From the NCBI RefSeq assembly GCF_009914755.1, contig NC_060930.1: 64,000 nt of DNA; one strand, 5' to 3'. This stretch comes from the human T2T-CHM13v2.0 reference genome, Homo sapiens. How positions within the stretch are numbered: position 1 is the first letter of the stretch; the number at the start of each line of letters is the position of its first letter. The notes under the pieces are model-generated. The model was not told where the DNA came from, did not search any database, and saw nothing but the letters and a program-made list of their open reading frames with translations. Positions 1 to 13,786 of the stretch are shown here, one piece after another. Position numbers and translations under genes: made by a program.

Positions 1-371
1 GACCTTACTTATGTACTAATTCCCACTTTACAATCCATGCCACAAACTTTATTGTCTTAAGAAGTTGCCACAGCAGCCTTCAGCAGCCACCTTGTCATCA
101 GTCAGCAGTCATCAACATTGAGGCAAGACCCTACTCCAGCAAAAACATTAGTATTAGCTGAAGCCTCAGATGACTGTTAGCATTTTTTAGCAGTAGTGTA
201 ATTTTTAATTAAGGTATGTACATATCTATTTTATACATAATGCTATTGTATACTTAATAGGCTAAAGTATAAATATAACTTTTATGTACACTACAAAAAC
301 AAAAAAATTGTGTGACTTGTTTTGTTTGCATGATCTGAAACCAAATCTGCAATCTCTCTGAGATATGTCTG
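1..371 (+). mobile_element. Tigger1-like DNA transposon, 3' part
   Basis: Contains cagtcagcagtcatcaacattgaggcaagaccctactccagcaaaa...gaagcctcagatgactgttagcattttttagc and ends in a terminal-repeat-like gagatatgtctg followed by TA. Recognised from memory of the consensus. Confidence 0.75.
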
Positions 372-2220
372 TAATTTCCCTTTCCCTCTTCTTGCTGGCC
401 CAGAATGACCTTGTTTCTTGTCCCTGTCTAGCCCTGCCTGTTACAGGGGTTTGCCTTCTCTGGTAGGTCTGGACACTTTGTATCCCCTGTAACCTTGCCT
501 CCTGGCATATGACACTAGTACTAGCCTCAAGCTCTGTTGGACTAGCGAGCCTCACTCCACACCTCCTGAACTAGAACCAAAGCTCTGTGCACACACCATT
601 CATGTGAGTCTGTAGAGATCTCAGCTTCCTGCAGGGTGTTCTGAAAGGGTGTTCTGTTGTGACTGGAGGGCATAGCCACAGGTCTCTGGGCAGAGGTGGC
701 TCAGAAAAGAGTGGGTGGCCCCAGTTTGGGTCATCTGGGAAGGGGAAGATTTTCAGATAAAAACCCATGCCTTAGAAGACAAAACTACCCAAGAGCTGGC
801 AGCAGCTAACCAGCTTGCTATCTGGGATACCACTTTGCAGTGGGAGGGAAGATAGCCTCTACCATGGTGTAGGGGTCCAGGGACCAGGCAGGGAGGTCTT
901 CCTAGTGGTCAGTGCTTCTCACAGTTGGGAGATGAATCACCTTTCGATGAGGCCAAAGACCTCATGTTCCTCACTAGCTGACTCGTTCCCACTCAGTGGA
1001 AAAAGAACCCAGAACCTTTGCAAAATTTTAGGAGAGAAGGACTTTCCCTCTTGTCTCTTAGTGCCAGGGTTATGCATGACTCATACTTGAATTGCAATGT
1101 GTACACAGCTTAAAGTCTTAATTATTAGAACATAAGAGGCCCAAACCACTGTTGTTATAGATATGTAAAACTATGCAGTACAAAATTAAACAACCCCCAA
1201 CCAATTAACAGTGGAGATAAATTATCAATATTTGTAAATTTAAAACAAGATCGACAGCCCTTTAGAAAAACAACAAAAAATGAGACTTTTGCAAGACAAT
1301 CTAAATGATACGCTAATAACAAACCTTCATGAAAATGACATTTCGACCATCTGAGTTTCTGCTTTAAGTTACAAATTCCAAAAGGTACTAATCCCCAATA
1401 ATTTACAGTAGGGAGCCCTAAGCCACAAAGAAAGGTGTCAGGGCACACCTGAGACCTGAAGTAAGAACATACCCTCCCTCAGGGTCACGAGTGAATCCTC
1501 TAAGACCCCTCCTCCCTCAGACACTCCCTCCAGTCATCAGAAGGTCCACACAGCACTAAGACCCAACCACCTCACTGTCTTCACCTCCATGGAGAGAGCC
1601 CAGGTGACAGCCACCCCTGCTCCTCCTCCCTCATCTCCCACAGCCTCAGCACCATCGTCCGCCTCGAGTCCACCAGGACTGAGCTCCTCATGCCCTTTCC
1701 CTGTTTGTGTCAGTCACACTGGGTCCCCCATATACCCAGCACTTGCATCCCCACAAGGCTCCGCACGCTCTATTCTCTCCCCCCACCATGTCCCCTACCT
1801 AACTCCAGAAATCTTCCCTCTGTACTCCCTGGAATCCTCAGTCCATGATCAGCAAAACCTCCTCATTCTCTCTCAGGATGCTCCCTCACCTCGAAGCTCT
1901 AGCAGGAACCAGGTCTTCCTGAGGATGTGACCCGCTCTGAAGTTCCCCTACATGGGGGAGTTTCCCAGCAACTTGTACCCCTGGGTTCAGAGGTGAGGTG
2001 GGGTCCTTGCTCTTCACTGTGGTTCTCAGACCTTTCTGCATCCCTCCTCCCTAAAACCCCTAAGCTGTCATCAGACTAAGGCCCCGCTCCCCTCATTGTA
2101 GCCATTCCCTGTGGGCCCCAAGCCATTCCTGTCAATCCTAACTCTTGTAGCTCCTAGATCACTGTCACCCTCTCCAGCAGTGCTGTCTCCTTGATTCTTT
2201 CTGACTTCAACATATGCAGA

Positions 2221-2790
2221 TGTGCTGGGCTGAGTACTAGTCCCCAAAGAGATCCAGTCTTAGTCCTTGGAGTCGGTGAACAGGTTGCATTGCATGGCAA
2301 AAGGGACATTACTCATGTAATGAAGATAAAGGACCTTAAAGTAGGGAGATAATCCTGGACTCTCTGTGTGGGCCCGATCAAATCACATGAGCCATTAAAA
2401 GGAGAGAATCTGCTCTGGATGGAGTCACATGCTGCAGAGAAGGAAGGCAGAGGAGACACAGCAAAGGGGAGATCAGTGGTTCCAAGCAGGAGGATTGGAT
2501 GTGCTTTAGGCACCAGAGAGAAGTCTCTAGGATCTAAGGGTGCTCCCAAAAAGGAAGTGGGAAGCTCAGTTCTATCTGCAGGAAGTGAATTCAGACAAGA
2601 ACCTGAATAAGCTTGGATGTGGACTCTTCCCCAGATTCTCCAGGAAGGAGCACAGACCTGCCCATACCTTGATCTTAGCCCCGTGAGACTGGGTGGACTT
2701 GCAACCCACACAACTGTGACATGATAATTAGGTGCTGTTTAAAGCTGCTTGGTTTGTGGTAATTTTTATGGCAGCAATAGACACCTATAC
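2221..2790 (+). mobile_element. MaLR MLT1-type solo LTR
   Basis: Begins tgtgctgggctga, contains ggcaaaagggac...taatgaagataaaggacctt, ends tttggtaatttttatggcagcaatagacacctataca, the typical MLT1 terminus. Confidence 0.65.
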
Positions 2791-2799
2791 AGCAGAGAA

Positions 2800-3820
2800 G
2801 ATGCCCTCACTCCCTGGCCTCTCAGATCCTGGAACTCCTTTTCTTCATTACCATCTCCTCTCTCTGCCGGAATCTCAGGACCTTGTCCTCCCCTAGGCCT
2901 CATCATGGCAAAGAACCCCAGCCCTTCCGCACTCTCAATCTCACACTTCCCACTCTCTGACCATCTTTCCACTCATCCCCTTGCAGGGTAGCCACAGGCT
3001 CTGAAGACACTGATGCTATAATTTGATCATATGCTATAATGTAACATCAGTGAACCACTCATTGCATGTGTGCCTGCTTTCCAGGCATGGAGTCCATTCT
3101 GTAGTACATCTATTCCAATAATTTTTCCACCCCCTTGAAATTCCCAATCCAGTGATGCTGCTATCTATTCCTTCTCCCTTAGTGTTTGTTGTCCTCTCCT
3201 CCCTCCTCATCCATTTTGGATTCTGTAGTAAATAATTTCCATCCCTCCCTTGCCTCTCCCTTTCGTTGTCACACTTGCCTGGCAAAACTACACAGCTAGT
3301 GGATTCCACCTCAGCCTACACTGCACCTGCCCCCATGAGCTGCAGGAGGCTGGAGAGCAGCACACAACATGCTGACTGTTCTCTCTACATTCACGACCCA
3401 AACCTCATGGGGAGCCCCCACCATAGCCAGCAATCACCCTCTCCCTGCATGGCTCACCCTCAGCCTCCTCCTGGCCTGGGTGACTCTTACATACCTTCTC
3501 TCTGTCCTCACACATCCAATCCTCCTTCCCCATTCTTACTTCCGCTGATGATCTTGCTTCCTACTTCACTGAGAAAACTGAACACATTTAGAAGACAACT
3601 TCACAGATTCCACCACCGTCTGCCCATGCATTTGCAGCTGCACCACATGTCAGGCATTTTACTACATGGGGGATTGCTGTGTGTTAAACATCCTGCTCCC
3701 AACCAGAGCCAGTTCCTCTGCTGGCACCCTGAACATCATCCCTTCTCATCTACTTAAAGTGTTAGTTCATCAATTAATACCATTTTTTCCCTCTATTGTC
3801 ATCCCTTTTCCTTTTATTCC
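2800..3820 (+). mobile_element. degraded LINE-2 fragments
   Basis: C/T-rich sequence with the L2-like motif gatcttgcttcctacttcactgagaaaactgaa (~3550). Boundaries approximate. Confidence 0.4.
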
Positions 3821-3830
3821 AGTGGATCAT

Positions 3831-6800
3831 TGTGGCACTCATGAGGATGCACATCCCAGGCCCTCAGGTAGAGGAAGAATAATTGATGATGTCCCAGCTG
3901 TCGCAGCCTGAAATCTATTGTCACGTTTGATCTGAGACCACACCTGCCCCAGCTTTTTCCAACCAATGATTGACCAAAGCAGGAAAACTAAGGCAAGAAT
4001 ATTCCTACTCCGAAGGCTGGCTGAGGCTTCAGGACTCCCTGCCATCCCTACTGAGCTTCCCTTAGCCTACACAGGGTCTAGGATGCTTCCAGCTGACCTT
4101 CCTGCCCTCTCTCCTTCACTGGGACTCAGAGTTGCATTGTGATCTGATGGCTTTTCCAGCATTTCTGTCTCTATCCTGATTTTCTCTCACAACTATTTCC
4201 CCTAATAAATCCTTACACATTTAATACTGTATTGGGGTCTAACTTCAGGACCGCAGCTATCACAAGTGGTATCAAGGGCGATCCATGAAAATGACCAAAA
4301 CTGGAAATTTGAAATAAGCTTTCCCACTGCCTGTCAGGCCAAGAGGATGCCATCTAGGTTAGCGGGGGACAAAGAAAGTCCATGGAGAAGTTGCATCTGA
4401 GCTGCCGTGGGTCTCACCAGTGCTAACCTGAGAAGATGCTCTGGTTAGGGGAAGCTATGGAAGATGTGGTGATAGAATGCCCTGCACAATAATGATGGAG
4501 TTGGGGGTAAACCCACAAAGACAGTGGAGTTGGCTGGTTACTTCCCAGCTGTGTTGATGCTCTATAAAAGGATAATGAGAATCTGCAGGTTGTTAACAGC
4601 TGTCACTGGCTATGTGTGAGAGTCTCTGCAGTGTCTCATGGAGAGGCCTTTATCTCCTGGATCAAAAGAGCAGATAGCATGGAATGGTAGCTGAACATCA
4701 TTATGGTGGGCACAGTGCTCCAGAGACGTTTGATACTCAGCCAACACAGGCCTTTTATAGGAAAGTCAGGGCCCTGGTGGGGGAACCTCAGATTCTGCAA
4801 ACTAGAACAGAGTTATCTGATGGGTGCCCTCCCCCAGGACCCCCTGGGCATGCAGAGGAGGCTCACCCTTCTCTAGTAATCGTTCCCACTTCCTATGCTG
4901 AAAGATGCTACAGAAGCCTCACCCCTACGATGCAGCAGGAATCCCACTCAGGAGCTTTGCAGGAACTAGCCAGCATGTCCCCATAGGGGCCTGGGGTGCA
5001 CTTCTGGGATTGGAATTTGAGGGTATTTGATCAATAAACTAGAATTTCAGTCTGGATGAATAAAAATCCTTTGGCTTGGAGGCACTTTCTCAGGACATGG
5101 GTTTATCAAAGAACCCAGGACATGGGGTAAACCCACTACTGGGGTGAGTCCATATAGACTGGAAAAAATGATGCCCAACTCTCAACAAGGTAGATATGAC
5201 CTAGTTATCCTGGAACATGTAGAGGACGCAATAACAAGGCTGAGGGAAGTGGGTGTGATGAAGGCCCACCAGGACCATGCTCCACAAGAGGACCCAGAGG
5301 GCACACCTTCCACCAGAGCCTCAGGAACATGCTGTGGAGAGGGACCTGCATCACTAAGAAGTGTCGGGGTGTTATCCTCTGCAGGCTGGGCGTGATGATA
5401 GTAAAGGTCCCAGAGTTGTGCTTATTCATATCTCTGGGGAGAATGTGGGCCTGCAGAGACTGAGAACAAGTGGTGGCAGTGACCTGCAAAAGCCGGAGGG
5501 CATGGTTACCATGGCAACCTCAGAGGAGCAGCCAAGGGGACTCAAGCTGCAGGGAGTGTGGGGAAAGTTAGTAGAGAGGACACCAGGGTTACAAGAGGCA
5601 GCCAACAAGGGCACTGCTTGATATATATGATAAGAAAGCAAGAATTGAGGAGCAGGAGACTGAGGGTGTTCGACCAAATACAAAGCCATGATCCCCTTCT
5701 CAATGCCTAGACTTCAATCAAGATTCAGACTCAGATCTCAGTGACAGAGGAGGAGTCCATATCCCTAGAGAAAGGACCCTGGGACACCATGGAGGTATAT
5801 GGCTGGGACAATTCCCTCAGTCTTTCGGCAAGGGAACCTATAGCCATTTACTCAGGAGACTGTACATTGGGGAAGGGAAATAGGCAGAACTAGGGGGATC
5901 ATTTTCATTGCATGTAAGCTGATATTGATGCCCAGATGCCCACAGCACAATCATCTTCTCCATCACAGTGGGGCTTACGGAGGCCAGGGAGTAAACCTGG
6001 ACACATTATGGCCCGCAATGGGACCACTGGATGCATAGACCCAACCCTGATTATCTTCCAATTCCCTGAGTGCATAATTGACACTGATGCTCTGGTAAGT
6101 GGAGTCACCCCCACACTGGGTCCCCAGTCTGTGGTATAAGGGATCTCTTGATGCCAAAGGCCAAAGGGAAACCTCTGAAACTGCCCCCATCCTGGCCAAA
6201 TCAAAAATCATAGTGTGTCCCAGGGTGGGTCTTGTGAAGGACACTGCAAGTATTGTGGGGGTCACACCACCATTACAAAGCTGAAGGAGGCGGGGTGGTG
6301 TTGAGGCTGCCTATTGTCTCCGTGTAATCCAGCAATCTGTCCCTGAGGAAGCCTAGTGAGGCCTAAAGAATGAATGAGATTACTCCAGATATGGCCAAGT
6401 AGGAGTTATAAGTGCAGCTTTTGTGCTGTCTGGATATCACTGGTAGAGCAGATTAACAAAGCCTTGGGCACACAGTGTGCAGCTGTGGATTTGGTGAGTG
6501 CATTTCTTTCCATTCCAGTTACAAAGGGTATATGGAGTGATTCACATTCATGTGGGATCCACAACACATTGAATTATAGTTTGCCTCAGGACTTTTGTAA
6601 CTCCCCTGTCCTCTATAGTATAGTCTTATGACTATACTAGACATACTGGATATCCTAAAGGATATTAAATCAGCTCATTTCATTCACAACTTCATGTTGA
6701 CTGGGGCGAATGAGCAGCAGGTAGAAAGTGCACTGGCATCGTTGGCAAAACATTTGCACTTCAGAAGGTGAAGATAAACCTTACAGAGCTTCAGGAAAGG

Positions 6801-8975
6801 TCACTGTAGTGAAGTTTTATGAGTCCAGTGTTTAGGGGAATGCAGGGGTGTCCCCTCCTAGGTAAATTACAAAGTGTTGCATTTTGCATCCTTAGTGCAA
6901 AAAAAGAAAGCACACTCCCCGGTGAGCCTCTTGGAGTTCTGACGACAGCACATTCCACATGTAGAAATGTTGCTTTGGCCCACACTCTAGGTGACATAGG
7001 AGGAGGCCAGCTTCAAGTGAGGCCTACACAGGAAAGCACCCTGCAGCAGATACAGGCTGCGGTGCAGCCACCATCCCTCAGACCTCTTGGTACTGGAAGG
7101 GGCAGGGGTGGGGAAAGATGCAGGATGGAGCTGAACCAAGCAGCAGTGGGAGAGTCATGGTGGAGGGCCTGGGATCTGGAGTAAGATCATGTCATCCACA
7201 GCAGAGACATGGCTCCCCATTAGAAGCAACTTTTAGTGTTCCTGGTCCTGATTCGATAGAATGCTTAACCACAGGACACCAAGCAATGATGTGATTCCAA
7301 GTACCTGTGTGAATTGGCTTCTGTGTGACCCAGAAAGTCATAGATTGGACAGGCCCAACAGCATTCATCATGAGGTGAAAATGGTCCACCTGGGTTGTGC
7401 TTGAATCCCATGTTGACACCCCCAGAAAACACCCAAGTCTGAAGCAGCACTGAACAACCAAACAGACAAATGGAAGTTAGCCAGCCTTCACTATGGGTCA
7501 ACGCAGGCCTGGTAGGATGGGCACATGAATGGAGCAAGCACAGTGGCAGGCCTGAGGCTACATATGGGGCCAGAAGTACTGACTCCCCATTATCAAGACA
7601 GATCCAGCTGCTGCCACCTCTGAATGTCCAACTCATCAGCATTTGAGGCCCACCATGTGCCCTCGTGGGGCACTATTTCTTTAGGTGACTAACTAGCCAC
7701 TATGTAACAAGTTGACTACATTTAGCTACTTCCATCCTAGAAGGGCCTGAGGTTCATCTTCACAGGGGTAGGCTCATATTCCATGGGTGAGTTTTCCTGT
7801 CCTGCTCTCGGACACTCAGCCAGCACCACTCTCTGGGTGCTGTTGACATTCCTGATCCACAGGCTAGGCGGTGCTCCCAACCCAGTATCTGCCTGAAGGA
7901 CCCACTTGGCAGGGAAAGTTCCAGTGTTTCCGTGGCTATGGGTTTCACTGATCTGATCACCATCTGCACCACCCAGGGGCTGCCAGCCACAAGGAATGCT
8001 GGAAATGTCTTCTACAGGCAAAACTCAGTGTCATCCTGGAGGAAGCACTCTGAGGGGTGGGGGCCGTTTTTCAGGACATGGTGCATTGTTTGAATCAGAG
8101 ACATCTCTACGGTGCTGTGTTCTCAATAGGAAGAAGATGTGGGTCTAGAAACCGAAAGTTGGAAGCAGGTTTGTCTCCATGTCCAGTCTCTTAGATTCAC
8201 CCACTGGGGTATTTTGCACGTTTTATCTCCCAACTTTGGGCTGTTCAGGGCAGGAGGTCCTTAAAAGGAGACACATGACAGCCCATTGAACTACACATTA
8301 TGGTTGTCACCAGAGAAGTTTGGACAGTATGTGCCCAGAGACCAGCTGGTGAGAAAAGGAGTCTCTTCCTCTCCAGGTGCAGGTAATAGATCCTGATCTC
8401 CAGGAGGAGGCATGGCTACTTTCACACAATGAGGGCAGAAGTGTGTGTGTGAGAACCAGAGATCTACTTGGGGGCCTTCTGGTTTGCCTTGTCCCTTTGT
8501 AAATGTGAGCAGAATCATCCAGCAATCCAGCCTGAGAGGATTTGATTTCCAAGGGCCCAGACCTCTCAGGACAGGAGGTTTGAGCCACACTCCTGGGTAA
8601 TCACCCAAGGCCCCACTCCTGTGCTCTGACATCCTCAGTGTCATTGGTGCAGAGACCCTGCTTCCCATGGGCTGTTCCCAGCCAGTGATGGGTCACACCA
8701 GTGACATTGAGGCAGGACATTCCTGGGAGACCAGGGACTCCTCTGACGGACAGCAGTGGCTCAAAGACTCCTCCATGGCTTTGCTCAACTCTCCTGAGAT
8801 TGCCTGTGGTCTAGGACACATCCAGTAAACCTTCTGTCCTTCTGTCCATCACTGGGGGTCACATTTGCATCTTGGTCTGTTGCCTTTCCCAGGGTAACCT
8901 GCCTCCGTTGCTATATCTCTGACAGGTGTGTCCCCTAATAAAATCCTGTAACTTTAATCCCATGATGGCACTTGG
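3831..8975 (+). mobile_element. HERV16 (ERVL class) near-complete degenerate provirus: 5' LTR16-like, internal gag/pol remnants, 3' LTR
   Basis: 5' LTR ~3831-4264 with AATAAA 4204-4209, followed by PBS-like agtggtatc. RT motif remnants AAVDLVSAFLSIP and LPQDFCNSP in ORF 6374-6631. 3' LTR AATAAA 8937-8942. Paralogous to 29133-30350 and 51722-54500. Confidence 0.75.
8291..8668 (-). pseudogene. HCP5-like (P5 family) antisense ORF in HERV16 3' region
   Basis: MTLRMSEHRSGALGDY...LRGLGPWKSNPLRL...ILLT resembles the N-terminus of the annotated 132-aa HCP5 ORF. The overlapping frame 8307-8588 carries LLPSLCESSHASSW..SGSITC.WRG, which resembles its C-terminus (comparison from memory). Confidence 0.7.
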
Positions 8976-9279
8976 AATGCAAAATCATTTTCATCTGCAC
9001 ACCAGTGACCTCTTACTTACTCCAATTTGTAAAATCCTTTTGTTTGTTCAACTTCTTCTACCTGCATTGGCTCCATTTTGCTAGTATTTGTATTATGCTT
9101 TTGAGATAGTCGATGTTTGTTGCTTTAAGTCACTAAATTTGGGGGTAGTTTGTTATACAGCAATGGATAACTAATGAAGCCCTCTTACATTTCTGTTATT
9201 CTATAGAGGTTAAATACATCCGTTTTATTTCCTCCCATTTTGATAATATTAGCCATATATTGGGTTCCTAGTTTCTCTA

Positions 9280-9475
9280 CGCCTGTTTTTTTCTTTATTT
9301 TCGTTTCTTTTCTCCTTTATTCCTTCCCTTTCTTCTCACTTCTATCTCTCCCTCCCTCTCTTTCTTTTCTATTTCCATTTGCCCTCCCTCCCTCCTTCTC
9401 TTCCCCTTCCTTCTTTGCTTCCTTCACTCCTCTCTCCTTCTTTCTCTCCTTTCCTCCATTTTTTTCTTTTTTATT
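9280..9475. repeat. polypyrimidine (CT-rich) low-complexity tract
   Basis: Almost purely C/T. Paralogous tracts at 30670-30745 and 54800-55030. Confidence 0.9.
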
Positions 9476-9630
9476 ATGACATATTCTGACATATAAAATA
9501 ACCCTATGTGTTTGTACTATAAGGAAACATTTTCTGAATCTATATGTTAAAAGTATAAAGCCATGGTATATAGGATACAAGTTAACAACAGGAAGTTATT
9601 AACAGAGTCTGAATAAGAATGCCTGCTATA

Positions 9631-9933
9631 GGCTGGGCATGGTGACTCATGCCTGTAATCCCAGCACTTTGGGAGGCCTAGACGGGCGGATCACGAGGTC
9701 AGGGGATAGAGACCATCCTGGCTAACACGGTGAAACCCTGTCTTTACTAAAAATACAAAAAAAAAATTAGCCGGTGTGGTGGCGGGCACCTGTAGCCCCA
9801 GCTACTCAAGAGGCTGAGGCGGGACAATGGCGTGAACCCAGGAGGTGGAGCTTGCAGTGAACCGAGATTGTGCCACTGCACTCCAGCCTGGGTGACAGAG
9901 CAAGACTCCGTCAAAAAAAAAAAAAAAAAAAAA
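9631..9933 (+). mobile_element. AluY
   Basis: gatcacgaggtcagg...gagaccatcctggctaacacggtg, ggcgtgaacccaggagg, long A tail, TSD ...ctgctata. Empty site in the paralogue at ~55171. Confidence 0.93.
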
Positions 9934-10639
9934 TCTGCTATAATTCTGCAGCCAAGGCAGTTGCTATTAACTCTTAATTCCTTCAACTCAGTGTTTTCAG
10001 AACACATCAACATCACATATTACACATTTATTGTAAAAGCTTAAGTTGGCACAATTACTTTGGAAATCATATTATCATTATTTAGTATGGTTAAAGGCCA
10101 TACAACATATCATCCAACCATCCCACTCCTAATCATACACTCTGGCGGCTTTCTCGCCTATGTGCCCAGGAGACATGCACACTAATGTTTATGGCAAAAA
10201 CTGGAATCAGCCTCCTATACATCAATAGCAAAGTAGTGAAATTGTGATATAACCATAAAATGTAAACCTTCAGCAGTAAAAATGAGTGAATGACAGCCTC
10301 CCACACAACAGATAACTCCTATACATAATGTGCATCATGAGAAAAGAAATGCAGTAGGAATTTCTGTACAGGAAGCTTAAAAACCAGTGAAACTAATATT
10401 TGGTTTGAGATTATATATACTTATTGTACAAATATTTAAAGAAATACAAAGTAATAATAAAAACAAGACTCAGGATGGGGTCTCATTCTGGGGGATGTGA
10501 TTGGGCAGCAGCCCAGGGTGGCTTTGCGGGTTCTGTGTCTTACGCCAGTGCTGGGAACCCAGGTAACTACTAGATTATAACTCCTTAAACAGTATTTTTC
10601 AAACTAAAATATACCTGTTTCTTAAAAAATGAAAGAAAA

Positions 10640-11690
10640 AAATATCAAAGTTCATTGCAAGGATCCTTAACAAGAACTACTTACATTGGAAGAAAACCAC
10701 AGAGAATTGTAAGGAGCCACATGACAGAGAGGCTCCTTACAGGATGCCATGACAATACCCTTGGCTAAAGGGCCATATGATCCTTGGCTCACAGGCATCT
10801 CTCTAGATTTTCAGGTATACAAGATTCAATCTGATGTGCAAGGTAATTCCATCTTGCAAAGGATTTGATTTGTTACATATTCCACACATACAACTGAATT
10901 AAACTTTTACAGAATTGGAAATGCACATCATTGATCAAAATAGATGAAACAATAAAAGAGTATAAAGGAACAACCAGTGATGGAATAGCAAATATGAATG
11001 GAAAACACAACAGGATTGCTCAAAAAAACTTGAAAGCACAAAATTGCAGTGCTATTTAGAATCATAGTGGTGTCCAAATCACTTCTATCATATCTGATTC
11101 AATACCAGAACAAAAGATGTTAAGTTTATTATAGAATGCTCACCAAATAGCCAGTTTTTGAAAAATCTTATGCCTCAGTTGGAGCTAACCATTTTGGGCT
11201 ACTGCATCCAACCAAAGCTATTGACATCTTGCTAAGCTAGATGTGTTAACTGAGGTATGAGATTCACATTTTTGTAAATTAAAACCAATTAGGCAAATTT
11301 TTTAAAGTGAAATCAAGTTTATGAGAGAAGTAAGGAAACAAAAGAATGGCTACTCAATAGACACAACAGCCCTTTTTTTTAAGTGTAGGCAAATGTTTTT
11401 TGAAGATGATATTTCAATAAGAAAATTGGCACTTGGGGCATACTTCAACTAAATGTGAGACACCTTAGTTGAAACAAAGACTTATTTTCAAGTCATTATT
11501 TTTACGGCACAGAAGTCTTTGGAATATTTGCTCTAGTTACTCTGGGTTCTCAACTGTTGACTCATTGAAGAGAATATTGTTATTAAAGGTATTTGCAAGA
11601 AAAACTCAGACATACTATTGTATCCTCTTTCTCTGTCTCAAACTGTTTTCCCCACAACACCCAAGGCTCTGTGATGTCTCAAACTTTTAA
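10640..11690 (-). mobile_element. ancient AT-rich block, probably a degraded hAT/Charlie transposon remnant (four paralogous copies)
   Basis: Repeated at ~21860-22940, ~31905-32850 and ~56670-57745. Family assignment rests on recall of alpha-block duplicon content, not on a readable ORF. Confidence 0.35.
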
Positions 11691-11715
11691 TCATTAATTT
11701 AAAAAGAGAAGCTTA

Positions 11716-13221
11716 TCACAGAATTAGAAGAAACTATTTTAAAATTCATATGGAACCAAAAAAGAGCTCATATAGCCCGGACAATCCTACACAAAAAGAA
11801 CAAAGCGGGCGGCCTCAGACTACCTGATTTCAAACTATACTACAGGCTACAGTAACCAAAACAGCATGGTAATAGACTAATGGAAGAGAGTAGAGAACTC
11901 AGAAATAAAACCGCATATCTAAAACCATCTGATCTTCAACAAACCTGATGAAAACAAGCAACAGGGAAATGATTCCATATTTAATAAATGATGTTGGGAA
12001 AACGGGCTAGCCATTTGCAGAAAACTGAAACCGGACCCCTTCCTTACATCTTACACAAAAATTAACTCTAGATGGATTAAAGACCTAAATGTAAAACCCA
12101 AAACTATAAAAACCCAAGAAGAAAATCTAGGCAATACCATTTGCCTGGGCATGGGCAAAGATTTTATGATGAAATCGCCAAAAGCATCTGCCACAAAAGC
12201 AAAAACTGACAAATGGGATCTAATTAAACTAAAGAGCTTCTGCACAGGAAAAGACACTGTGATCAGAGTGAACAGACAACCTACAGAATGAAAGAAAATT
12301 TTTGTAATCTATCCATCTGACAAAGATCTAATATCCACAATCTACAAGGAAATTAAGCAAATTTACAAGAAAATAACAAACAACCCCATTAAAAAGTGGG
12401 CAAATGACATGAACAGACACTTCTCAAAAGAAGACATACATGTGGCCAACAAACATATGAAAAAAAGCTCATCATCACTGGTCATTAGAGAAATGCAAAT
12501 CAAAACCACAATGAGATACCATCTCATGCCAGTCAGAATGGTGATTATTAAAAAGTCAAGAAACAACAGATACTGGCAAGGTTGCAGGGAAATAGGAATG
12601 CTTTAACTGTTGGTGGGAATGTAAATTAGTTCAACCATTGTGGAAGACTACATTGTAGATTCCCCAAAGATCTAGAACTAGAAATACCATTTGACCCAGC
12701 AATCCCATTACTGGGTATATACCCAAAGAAATATAAATCATTCTATTATAAAGTTACATCCATGTGTATGTTCATTGCAGCACCACTCACAATAGCAAAG
12801 ACATGGAATCAACCTAAATGCCCATCAACAATAGACTGGATAAAGAAAACATACCACATGTACACCATGGAATACTATGCAGCCTTAAAAAGGAAGGAGA
12901 TCATGTTTTGCAGGGACATGGAAAAAGCTGGAAGCCATTATCCTCAACAAACTAATGCAGAAACAGAAAAACAAACACTGCATGTTCTCACTGATAATTG
13001 GGAGCTGAGCAATGAGAATCCATGGGCACTGGGAGGGGAACACTGTGTCCTTTTGGGGGAGGGCAGAGGTGGGGTGTGCATTAGGAAAAATAGCTCATTC
13101 ATGCTAGGCTTAATACCTAGGTGCTGGGTTGATAAGTGTAGCAAAACACCATGGCACACGTTTACCTATGTAACAAACCTGCACATCCTGCATATGTACC
13201 CTGAAACTTAAAATAAAAATT
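11716..13221 (+). mobile_element. 5'-truncated L1PA (1.5 kb), paralogue of the HLA-G upstream L1
   Basis: ORF2 3' end and 3'UTR. TSD aaaagagaagctta (11702-11715) / aaaaagaagctta (13222-13234). Confidence 0.92.
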
Positions 13222-13406
13222 AAAAAGAAGCTTAAAGCATTAAAGAAAAATAATCACATGAAAGAAGCATTTGATTTACAAAATCCTGAAATAATAATTT
13301 TAATTTTGCTTTCAACATGTATGCAAATCCCTTGATACTCCTCCCTTCCAATGGTGCAGCTTAATTCCTTCCCTGTGAGTTCGGCTTGGACTTAATGATG
13401 CACTTC

Positions 13407-13786
13407 TGATATGGCCTCACCCTGTGTCCCCACCCAAACTCATCTTGAATTGTAATCCCCACGTGCTAGGGGAAAGACATGGTGGGAAGTGATTAGATCA
13501 TGGGGATGGTTCCCTCATGCTGTTCTCATGATAGTGAGTGAGTTCTATGAGATCTGATGGTTTTACAAGAGTCTTCCCTGCCACCCCCGCCCCCCACAAC
13601 CTTGCATTTCTCTCTCCCACCACCATGTGAAGAATGACATGCTTCCTTCCCCTTCTGCCATGATTGTAAATTTCCTGAGGCCACCTCTTCAGTCATGCAG
13701 AACTGTGAGTCAATTAAACCTCTTTCCTTTATAAATTACCCAGTCTCAGGTATTTCTTTATAGCAGTGTGAGAACAGACAAATACA
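13407..13786 (+). mobile_element. MST (MaLR) solo LTR nested in an MLT1 LTR
   Basis: tgatatgg...tgtgtccccacccaaa through cagtctcaggtatttctttatagcag...aataca. Perfect 5-bp TSD ACTTC (13402-13406 / 13787-13791). Confidence 0.88.

Noticed and set aside
9280-9475. Hydrophobic or charged ORFs over CT-rich tracts (also 30529-30786 and 54690-55048)
   Set aside because: Artefacts of low-complexity sequence.
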